Shown piece after piece: positions 1 through 6,666 of a stretch of 28,869 bases of DNA (position 1 is the stretch's first letter; every line of letters starts with the position of its first letter). The stretch is from an uncultured Candidatus Saccharibacteria bacterium. Its GTDB lineage: Bacteria; Patescibacteriota; Minisyncoccia; UBA6257; GWB1-50-10. Both the position numbers and the translations under genes were made by a program. Below the pieces are notes generated by a model, which had not been told where the DNA came from, ran no database searches, and saw only the letters and a program-made list of their open reading frames with translations. The DNA is taken from NCBI GenBank assembly GCA_964630035.1, contig CAZVSK010000002.1:14473-43341 (forward strand), in the 5' to 3' direction.

Positions 1-1
1 T

Positions 2-1012
2 TTGCTCCGGAGAAAACGAATCAAAAAAATCCCTGAAATCACCTTCTTCGTGTATGAGAAGAACAAGAGGATCTCCTTCTTCCCTCTTCTCTTTGTTCAG
101 CGAAAGTATTTCACGACTTTCCGGCCTGTCATTCATTTTTCTCGGATCATACGTCCCAAAATCATATTTTCCTTCTTCTGAAGCACGCACCTCGGCATAC
201 GGATGAAGGGAGATTTCTTCAAAAACATCCCGCTTTTTAAATTCATATTCTCCTTCTGTTTCTCTTAAAATTTCTTTCGCAAACTCCTCATACGCTATCG
301 CGCCGGGGCTTTGAGGAGCATACAGCATGATTGGTTTTTGAAATCGCGGAGATTCCGCAAGCGCAACGGAACGTGGAATTTCCACATCATACACCTTATA
401 AGGAAATCTCCTTCGTATCTCACGGGCAATATCACGAGAAAGTTTTTCTCTTTTATCATACATTGTAAGAAGTGCTCCGCTAATTTTGAGAGGATGACCA
501 AGATTTTCTTTAATAAGATGCACCGTATCCAAGAGTTGTTGTATCCCCTCCAAGCTATAATATTCACACTGTACGGGAATAATCACCTCATCCGCAGCCA
601 TAAGTCCGTTCACAGTAAGAAGATTCACAGTTGGTCCAAGATCAATCAATATAAATTCATATTGACCCCTCAAACGATCAACAAATGATTTGAGAAGGCG
701 TTCTCTTCCTTCCACTTCCACCATCTCCACAAGAGCTCCCGCAAGATCCTGCGAAGCGGGCACAACGTCAAGACGCGAAAGGTATGTTCTTTTCACCACG
801 CGCTCAGTTTCCTGCCCCGCAAGAAGCGCGTGATAAATTGTCTCACTCGGCTCATGAATAACACCAAGACCAATCGTCGTATTGTGTTGAGGATCAAAAT
901 CTATAAGAAGCGTTTTTTTGCCGAGTATTGCAAAATATCCGCTCACATTCATTGCGGTTGTGGTTTTTCCAACACCTCCCTTCTGGTTAAAAACAGCAAT
1001 AACGCGGGCCAT
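2..1012 (-). CDS. parA: ParA/Soj family ATPase with acidic C-terminal extension (3' end runs off window)
   Basis: Not in the ORF track because it has no stop in the window. Manual translation from ATG 1012 gives MARVIAVFNQKGGVGKTTT (deviant Walker A), LLIDFDPQ, FILIDLGP, IIPVQCEYYSLEG and IPRSVALAESP, and stays open to the window edge (337 codons or more). Confidence 0.93.
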   Translation of the reverse strand, partial: MARVIAVFNQKGGVGKTTTAMNVSGYFAILGKKTLLIDFDPQHNTTIGLGVIHEPSETIYHALLAGQETERVVKRTYLSRLDVVPASQDLAGALVEMVEVEGRERLLKSFVDRLRGQYEFILIDLGPTVNLLTVNGLMAADEVIIPVQCEYYSLEGIQQLLDTVHLIKENLGHPLKISGALLTMYDKREKLSRDIAREIRRRFPYKVYDVEIPRSVALAESPRFQKPIMLYAPQSPGAIAYEEFAKEILRETEGEYEFKKRDVFEEISLHPYAEVRASEEGKYDFGTYDPRKMNDRPESREILSLNKEKREEGDPLVLLIHEEGDFRDFFDSFSPEQ

Positions 1013-1075
1013 AAATGAAAATAAAATTTCAAAAATTAAATCTCAAAAGTTTGAGATATGTTTTTCTTTGTGTTC

Positions 1076-1084
1076 ATTATACCA
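1076..1084 (-). promoter_or_regulatory. Extended -10 promoter (TGgTATAAT) upstream of parA
   Basis: Minus strand reads gaTGgTATAATgaac, about 65 nt upstream of the parA ATG. Confidence 0.55.
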
Positions 1085-1169
1085 TCAACTTATATTTACT
1101 AAAAATAAAGATTATGACAGAATAAACCTGAGCCGAGGTGGTCCGCCAGTGGGCGGATAAACTCCATTG

Positions 1170-1254
1170 GGGCGAGTGGCGGAACGGTAGACGCGATGGA
1201 CTCAAAATCCATTGATCGTAACAGGTCGTGAGAGTTCGATTCTCTCCTCGCCCA
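1170..1254 (+). tRNA. tRNA-Leu(CAA)
   Basis: Acceptor GGGCGAG/CTCGCCC, anticodon stem ATGGA/TCCAT with loop CT-CAA-AA, long variable arm, T arm GAGAG-TTCGATT-CTCTC, discriminator A; CCA not encoded. Confidence 0.95.
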
Positions 1255-1278
1255 CAAAGACAAAATAGACACATAAAA

Positions 1279-1303
1279 TAAAACCCCATCGCGTGGGGTT
1301 TTT
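1279..1303. terminator. Bidirectional intrinsic terminator between convergent tRNA units
   Basis: aaaaCCCCATcgcGTGGGGttttt: GC hairpin with A and T tracts on both sides. Confidence 0.75.
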
Positions 1304-1319
1304 ATATAATACAGGCCGG

Positions 1320-1394
1320 CGTGCGGAAAGAGATTTGAACTCTTATTTCTCCCCTTTTCACGGTTGAGATCCTTTCCAATTAGACGATCCGCAC
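1320..1394 (-). tRNA. Atypical tRNA with Glu/Gln-type body and irregular anticodon arm (identity undetermined, possibly pseudo)
   Basis: Acceptor GTGCGGA/TCCGCAC, TC-GTCT-AATTGGAAA-GGAT D arm, T arm AAGAG-TTCAAAT-CTCTT, discriminator G. The anticodon arm CTCAACC-GTGAAAA-GGGGAG does not form a 5-bp stem in any register. Confidence 0.7.
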
Positions 1395-1411
1395 GACCGA
1401 ACGGCTCTGCG

Positions 1412-1484
1412 TAGAACCGACGGGATTTGAACCCGTGATTTCCACCTTATCAGGGTGGCGCCTTCACCACTCGACCACGGTTCT
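1412..1484 (-). tRNA. tRNA-Ile(GAT)
   Basis: Acceptor AGAACCG/CGGTTCT, anticodon stem CCACC/GGTGG with loop CT-GAT-AA, T arm ACGGG-TTCAAAT-CCCGT, discriminator A. Confidence 0.93.
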
Positions 1485-1499
1485 GAATGTTCTTATTTT

Positions 1500-1505
1500 A
1501 TTATA
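1500..1505 (-). promoter_or_regulatory. -10 box (TATAAT) for tRNA-Ile and the atypical tRNA
   Basis: TATAAT 15 nt upstream of the tRNA-Ile 5' end; no clear -35 box, which would overlap the upstream terminator. Confidence 0.5.
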
Positions 1506-1506
1506 C

Positions 1507-1537
1507 AAAAAATCCTGATAATAAATAATCAGGATTT
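1507..1537 (-). terminator. Intrinsic terminator ending the tRNA-like array
   Basis: 10-bp stem AAATCCTGAT/ATCAGGATTT with a T tract on the minus strand. Confidence 0.7.
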
Positions 1538-1546
1538 AAATAAGGG

Positions 1547-1626
1547 GGCGACGGGAGAAAATCTCCAAGTATTGGTTTTCTAAAATTTGAAAAACCGCCA
1601 CTCACTGTTCTTTCAGTTGCATCGCC
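1547..1626 (-). ncRNA. tRNA-like structured module E (diverged cloverleaf)
   Basis: 7-bp closing helix GGCGATG/CGTCGCC, 2-nt linker, 4-bp ACTG/CAGT arm, GGTTTT(T)C/GAAAACC arm, and a GGAG/CTCC arm stacked on the closing helix; no TTC T-loop. Confidence 0.4.
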
Positions 1627-1639
1627 ATGCAAAATGGTA

Positions 1640-1720
1640 GCGGATGTTTTCTTAAAACATCTTTTCATTTCAGTGTCCCAGCCGAAGTAACACTAAAAGA
1701 AAAATATAAGAAACATCCGC
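1640..1720 (-). ncRNA. Long hairpin module D
   Basis: GCGGATGTTTCTTA pairs with TAAGAAAACATCCGC (one bulge); inner TCTTTT/AAAAGA and AGTGT/ACACT stems; followed by TACCA. Confidence 0.45.
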
Positions 1721-1723
1721 GCG

Positions 1724-1796
1724 TGGACAGAAGAGGATTCGAACCCCTACTCTTCGCATCGAAGTGCGACGTTTTCACCAATTAAACTATCTGTCC
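1724..1796 (-). tRNA. tRNA-like module C, Arg(TCG)-like with 6-nt anticodon loop
   Basis: Acceptor GGACAGA/TCTGTCC, D stem GTTT/AAAC, anticodon stem TCGCA/TGCGA closing CTTCGA (6 nt), T arm AGGGG-TTCGAAT-CCTCT, discriminator A. Confidence 0.75.
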
Positions 1797-1802
1797 AAAG
1801 CG

Positions 1803-1849
1803 AACGGGCTTCAGGATTTGAACCTGCAACATTCTCGATGTATGCCCGT
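1803..1849 (-). ncRNA. Mini-tRNA module B (acceptor plus T arm, no D arm)
   Basis: ACGGGC/GCCCGT acceptor-like helix and CAGG-TTCAAAT-CCTG T arm, joined by only 15 nt containing an ACAT/ATGT mini-hairpin; 47 nt in total. Confidence 0.6.
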
Positions 1850-1872
1850 ATTTATATGTTTTTTAAAAAGGA

Positions 1873-1954
1873 GGAGGACCAACAACCATAGGTAATTAAC
1901 AAGAGGGACACTCATCTCGCGCCTCCCTAAGCGCGCCGCAACCGTCGATCCTCC
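1873..1954 (-). ncRNA. Structured module A (82 nt, first in the transcript)
   Basis: 11-bp closing helix GGAGGATCGAC/GTTGGTCCTCC (with G-U pairs) and internal 7-bp hairpin CGCGCTT-AGGG-AGGCGCG; GC-rich against an AT-rich background. Confidence 0.45.
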
Positions 1955-1970
1955 ATATGTGCTACAAAAA

Positions 1971-1999
1971 ATAGTAATTTAAGCTTAAAAAAGTGTCAA
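1971..1999 (-). promoter_or_regulatory. Near-consensus sigma70 promoter for the tRNA-like array
   Basis: TTGACA (1999-1994), 17-nt spacer, TACTAT (1976-1971); predicted start near 1964, about 10 nt before module A. Confidence 0.75.
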
Positions 2000-2038
2000 A
2001 TATGCATACGGACAAATAACGACCTGATATGTCACAAA

Positions 2039-2650
2039 TTAAATCTTAGAAAGAGGGCAATTTCTATGATCATGCTTTCGCGCGGGACAATATCTCCTTC
2101 CGTATTCAATCAAATAATATGTGAGGGGAAACCACTCTTTTTGAGGAAACAGTTTCATAAGGTCTTTTTCAACAAGTTCCGGCGTTTTTTTGTAACTTAA
2201 TTTGAGCACGTGAGCGAGCCGAAATACATGCGTATCCACGGCAATTCCCTCCACAATTCCATATGCATTACCCAAAACAACGTTGGCGGTCTTTCTTCCG
2301 ACTCCGGGAATATGCACCATCTCTTCCATTGTGCGCGGTATTTTTCCCTTGTGCTTTTCCTTTATATACTGTGCAGCAGAGAGTATGTTTTTTGTCTTAT
2401 TTTTATAAAAACCCGTTTGCCAAATATCTTTTTCAAATTCTTTTGGCTTCGCATGAATATAATCGTCAAATTTTTTGTATTTTTTAAAGAGTTTTGCAGT
2501 CACTTCATTCACTTTCTTGTCCGTACACTGCGCCGAAAGAATGACCGCGACGAGAAGTTCCCAATTGTTGCTATATTTTAAAATCATTCCTGCATCAGGA
2601 ACGATTTTTTTGAGTTCTCTTAAAATTTTCCCCGCTCTTTTTTTGTTCAT
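2039..2650 (-). CDS. nth: Endonuclease III (HhH-GPD DNA glycosylase)
   Basis: LLVAVILSAQCTDKKVN, HhH motif IPGVGRKTANVVL with catalytic Lys, AVDTHV with catalytic Asp; C-terminal Fe-S motif degenerate. Confidence 0.95.
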   Translation of the reverse strand: MNKKRAGKILRELKKIVPDAGMILKYSNNWELLVAVILSAQCTDKKVNEVTAKLFKKYKKFDDYIHAKPKEFEKDIWQTGFYKNKTKNILSAAQYIKEKHKGKIPRTMEEMVHIPGVGRKTANVVLGNAYGIVEGIAVDTHVFRLAHVLKLSYKKTPELVEKDLMKLFPQKEWFPLTYYLIEYGRRYCPARKHDHRNCPLSKI

Positions 2651-2670
2651 ATTCCAATATTCTGGTGTTC

Positions 2671-3372
2671 TTAAGAATTTGAGAATAGATATGATGCAAT
2701 AGTCGCTGCAGTTTCGCCACGCAAAGTGAATTTTCCAAGACTTACAATAAAAAATTTATTTCTCTTTGCGTTTTTCAGCTCGTTTTCGCTCCATCCCCCT
2801 TCTGGTCCTATAAATATATTAATTGCATCATGTTCTTTTATATTTTTTAGCGAATAATTGAGATTGTTTCCACTACGATCACAAAAAAATGTAATACCAT
2901 CTCTTTTTTCTTTCAAAACATCATTAAAATTGGCGATATCTTTTAATTCCGGAATAATCCCCCGTTCCGATTGTTCCGCGGCCTCCTTTATAATTTTCAA
3001 TATGCGTTCTTTTTTTATATTCAGTTTTACCGTTCTTTCGGTGATAATGGGAGTTATTGTACTTACCCCGACCTCAACCGCCTTCTGCACAGCAAGTTCA
3101 AAGTTTTCTTTTTTGAGAATACTCAAATACAAATGAATGTTTCTTTTTGATTCGTTCTTATTTTTTTCCAATGAAATAATTTTTGTATTTATATCTTTTT
3201 CCATATGCGTTATTTCCGCCATATATTCGCTTTTGTTTTCATCGCACAACAAAATTTTTTCTCCTACTTTCAAATGAAGTACATTTTTTATCTGATGTAC
3301 TATTTCTTTTTTGTCTATTTTTATTCCTTTATCCACAATCACGAATTTTCCAAAAAATCTGTGTATTTTCAT
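2671..3372 (-). CDS. rsmE: 16S rRNA m3U1498 methyltransferase
   Basis: HQIKNVLHLKVGE, QKAVEVGV, EAAEQSER, IFIGPEGGWS, LGKFTLRGETA SPOUT motifs. Confidence 0.95.
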   Translation of the reverse strand: MKIHRFFGKFVIVDKGIKIDKKEIVHQIKNVLHLKVGEKILLCDENKSEYMAEITHMEKDINTKIISLEKNKNESKRNIHLYLSILKKENFELAVQKAVEVGVSTITPIITERTVKLNIKKERILKIIKEAAEQSERGIIPELKDIANFNDVLKEKRDGITFFCDRSGNNLNYSLKNIKEHDAINIFIGPEGGWSENELKNAKRNKFFIVSLGKFTLRGETAATIASYLFSNS

Positions 3373-3380
3373 AAAAGATA

Positions 3381-4631
3381 TTATTCGTATCTTAACGCCT
3401 CCATAGGACTTTTCTTTGCCGCCTGAAGAGCGGGAAAAACTCCGAAAAAGACACCGATAAAAAGAGCAATGCCCACTCCCAACAAAGATGCGGATACCGA
3501 AAACACAAACGGAAATTGAAAAGATGTGAAAAGAGAAAGCGCGTATGTAAGCGCATACGTCGTAAGAAATCCCAAAATAACTCCTGCAATTCCTCCACCT
3601 AATGTAAGAAAAACGGATTCAAGAAGGAACTGCTGGAGAACATCCCTGTATCTCGCACCGATTGCTTTTCTCAAACCGATTTCACGCGTACGTTCGTTAA
3701 CGGATACAAACATTATATTCATCACTCCAATGCCCCCGACGATAAGCGATATACCCGCGACAAAAGAAAGAAACGTGGAAATCGCCCCCAAAGTGTTGTT
3801 GACGGTATTTATAATGTCATCCTGCGTGCTAACAATGAAATCGTCTTCTTGCCCCTCTTTTATATCATGACTTTCCCTTAGTGTTTCCTTTATGTCGCGA
3901 ACCATGTTTGGTACAGCTTCCTTGTTTTTCGCCTGCACGGCAATTTCCTGAAAATGATTCGTCCCAGAAAGATATTCTTGTGACGTCGTATAAGGAATCA
4001 TTACCATATCATCAATTCCAAATGAAGATGATCCTTCATACGAAAAAACGCCAACAATGCGGAATTTTTTCTCTTTTATTTTCACTCTCTCACCGACAGG
4101 ATTCACTTTCTCCGAACCGAATAAATCTTTCACAACATTTTTTCCGATCACGGCGACGAATGCCCGGCTTTGCACTTCATCGTTTGTAAAAAATCTTCCG
4201 TTTCTCGGAGACAAACGATATATGGAAAACGCCTCCGCACCAGATCCAATAACCATAGCACTCACCGTTTCCTTGTCGTATGACACAAGGTAGGTTGCGT
4301 TTGTGGAAGGATTCACAAGAAACGCATCGGGAACAAAAGATGAATCATTAAGTTTTTCCAAATCTTTACGTGTCAGTGTCTTAAGAAGAAAAGACGAACT
4401 TTGTTGTTGAAAAACCCCGTCTGACGGTTTTCCGGGATTGATAAAAACATTTTCGGGACCGAATGACTGTATTTCATTTGTGAGAAGACCTTCGGCGCTC
4501 TTTCCAAATGAAACAACAATTGTCACAGCCATCACTCCGATGACAATTCCGAGAATCGTTAAAGCAGACCTGGATTTGTGGAGATTGATATATTGAACTG
4601 CGCTTTTAAAGAGATCGTTGGGAAGTATCAT
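3381..4631 (-). CDS. MacB/FtsX-family ABC permease
   Basis: RSALTILGIVIGV, large periplasmic loop, GGIGVMNIMFVSVNERTREIGLRKAIGA, PMEALRYE C-terminus. Confidence 0.92.
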   Translation of the reverse strand: MILPNDLFKSAVQYINLHKSRSALTILGIVIGVMAVTIVVSFGKSAEGLLTNEIQSFGPENVFINPGKPSDGVFQQQSSSFLLKTLTRKDLEKLNDSSFVPDAFLVNPSTNATYLVSYDKETVSAMVIGSGAEAFSIYRLSPRNGRFFTNDEVQSRAFVAVIGKNVVKDLFGSEKVNPVGERVKIKEKKFRIVGVFSYEGSSSFGIDDMVMIPYTTSQEYLSGTNHFQEIAVQAKNKEAVPNMVRDIKETLRESHDIKEGQEDDFIVSTQDDIINTVNNTLGAISTFLSFVAGISLIVGGIGVMNIMFVSVNERTREIGLRKAIGARYRDVLQQFLLESVFLTLGGGIAGVILGFLTTYALTYALSLFTSFQFPFVFSVSASLLGVGIALFIGVFFGVFPALQAAKKSPMEALRYE

Positions 4632-4640
4632 ACGTCTATT

Positions 4641-5882
4641 TTATTCATACCGAATCGCTTCAAGTGGACTTTTTTTTGTTGCTTTTAGCGCGGGAAAAAT
4701 ACCAAACGCGATTCCGACGAAGAGAGAAACTCCAACGCCAAGCAATATTCCTTGAAGTGAGATTGAATATAGAAAATTCAATCCAACAAAATTTTTCATA
4801 ATATAAACGAACCCGAGAGAGATGCCAACCCCTAAAAGAACACCCACAATTCCGCCAATACCCGTAAGAACCATTGATTCAAAAAGGAATTGGGAAAGTA
4901 CAGATTTGTTTGTCGCGCCAACGGCTTTTCTCAAACCGATTTCACGCGTACGCTCCGTCACTGACACAAGCATGATATTCATAATCCCCACACCTCCAAC
5001 AACGAGAGAAATCGCAGCCACGGAAGACAGAAGGATGGAAAAAATTCCCGTAATGTCTTCCACGCGATTTGAAATATCTTCCTGCGTCTGTATGAAAAAA
5101 TCGTCTTTGTCTGGATCTGTGATGTTGTGATTTTCACGCAAAACGGATGTCACATCTTTGATAACGTTCTCCACATTTTCCTGCGAAGATGCCTCAATCG
5201 TAATGCGCTGAAAATAATCTATTCCCAATATTTCCCTTTGCACTGCTGTGTATGGAGCAACCATTGTCTTATTAAAATCCAAAAAACTCCCCTTTCCCTC
5301 TTCTTTGAGCACCCCCACAACCTTCATTCTTTGACCTCTTATTGTTAAGGACGCACCAATTGGGTTTTCATTAGAAAATAATTTATCTTTAACACCCTGA
5401 CCAATGACCATGACGCGATTTCTTTCGCGAATATCATTTTCAGAAAAGAAATTGCCTTCTTCCACACTTAAATCAAAATTGTCTTTTATTATCTCGGAAC
5501 TGCCTATAAGTGTTGCATCAAAAGTTTCCCCGTTTCTCTCTGCAGAAACAATTCCGAATGCATACGGAACAATATTAACGGCATCGGGAACATTTTCTTT
5601 CTTTTTAAGATCTTCAAGGTCTCTCTCTGTAAGAGCATCGTTTGAAATAGAAGATGCCCCTCCCATAGGCCCGCGGGGCATTTTCCCCGGTAGAAGAAAA
5701 ATATTTGTTGGCCCAAAACGCTGTATTTCCTGAAAAATGAGACCTTGAGCAGATTCTCCAATTGATACAATCGCAACAACAGACGTGATGCCAACAACTA
5801 TACCCAAAATAGAAAGAAATGCGCGAAGTGGATGCATAAACACTCCTTTTCGCGCAAACATAAAAATATCGCGAACATACAT
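4641..5882 (-). CDS. MacB/FtsX-family ABC permease (paralog)
   Basis: Same motifs (GGVGIMNIMLVSVTERTREIGLRKAVGA, PLEAIRYE). Start moved to ATG 5882 (MYVRDIF) to avoid overlap with the ATPase gene. Confidence 0.9.
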   Translation of the reverse strand: MYVRDIFMFARKGVFMHPLRAFLSILGIVVGITSVVAIVSIGESAQGLIFQEIQRFGPTNIFLLPGKMPRGPMGGASSISNDALTERDLEDLKKKENVPDAVNIVPYAFGIVSAERNGETFDATLIGSSEIIKDNFDLSVEEGNFFSENDIRERNRVMVIGQGVKDKLFSNENPIGASLTIRGQRMKVVGVLKEEGKGSFLDFNKTMVAPYTAVQREILGIDYFQRITIEASSQENVENVIKDVTSVLRENHNITDPDKDDFFIQTQEDISNRVEDITGIFSILLSSVAAISLVVGGVGIMNIMLVSVTERTREIGLRKAVGATNKSVLSQFLFESMVLTGIGGIVGVLLGVGISLGFVYIMKNFVGLNFLYSISLQGILLGVGVSLFVGIAFGIFPALKATKKSPLEAIRYE

Positions 5883-5892
5883 AGTGCACTTT

Positions 5893-6657
5893 TTATTTTT
5901 TAAACCCTTCCGTTGAGATAATTCTCCTTTTTTCAACAATCTCCTCTTTTTTTATTCTCCCGTCAAAAATATGGATGATTCTCTCGGCAGATTCCGCGAC
6001 ATATGATTCGTGTGTAACTACCATAATGGTCACCCCCTGCTCTCTGTTAAGTTTTTGAAAAAAATCAAGCACGATTTCTCCTGATTTTGAATCCAAATTT
6101 CCTGTCGGCTCGTCTGCAAATATAATCTTAGGATTTCTAACAAGCGCGCGTGCAATTGCAACTCTCTGCTTCTGCCCTCCGGAAAGACGCGTCACAGGAA
6201 AATCAGCTCTGTCCGAAAGCTCCACAAGCTCAATTTTTTCCCTGACAATTTCTTTTCTTGTTTTGGGTGAAATTCCTGCATAAATAAGAGGAAGTTCCAC
6301 GTTTTCAGACACAGTCATGCGGGGTAAAAGATTGAACGCTTGAAAAACAAACCCTATTTTATCGTTGCGTATGTGCGCAAGTTCATCATCTCCATATGTA
6401 TTTATTTCTCTCTCTTCAAAAAAATATTTTCCTGATGTGGGGCGATCAAGGCATCCCAAAATCTGCATAAATGTTGACTTTCCGGATCCAGATGGACCTA
6501 TCACTGCGATATATTCTCCTTCTTTCAGAATAAAATCAACATCAAAAAGTACGGGTGTTTTACTTTCCTCGTTTTCATATACTTTCCCAAGTTTTTCCGT
6601 GCGTATAAGTTCGCCGGATCCGCTCGGATTTATTCGCTTTTCTCTGTAATGAGTCAT
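5893..6657 (-). CDS. ABC transporter ATP-binding protein (MacB/LolD-like)
   Basis: Walker [25 protein letters not shown] signature, [17 protein letters not shown]. Confidence 0.95.
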   Translation of the reverse strand: MTHYREKRINPSGSGELIRTEKLGKVYENEESKTPVLFDVDFILKEGEYIAVIGPSGSGKSTFMQILGCLDRPTSGKYFFEEREINTYGDDELAHIRNDKIGFVFQAFNLLPRMTVSENVELPLIYAGISPKTRKEIVREKIELVELSDRADFPVTRLSGGQKQRVAIARALVRNPKIIFADEPTGNLDSKSGEIVLDFFQKLNREQGVTIMVVTHESYVAESAERIIHIFDGRIKKEEIVEKRRIISTEGFKK

Positions 6658-6666
6658 ATTTTCGTC

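Noticed and set aside
295-1160. Track ORFs 295-567, 311-688, 830-1018 and 918-1160
   Set aside because: All are alternative-frame or antisense shadows of the parA gene found manually at 1012 to the left edge.
1077-1289. 70-aa minus-strand ORF
   Set aside because: It is antisense to tRNA-Leu and has no protein-like features.
1873-1954. SRP RNA, tmRNA, 6S or RNase P identity for module A
   Set aside because: No SRP helix-8 motif (CAGG...GGAA...AGCA), too short for tmRNA, 6S or RNase P RNA, and no TTC T-loop; left unassigned.
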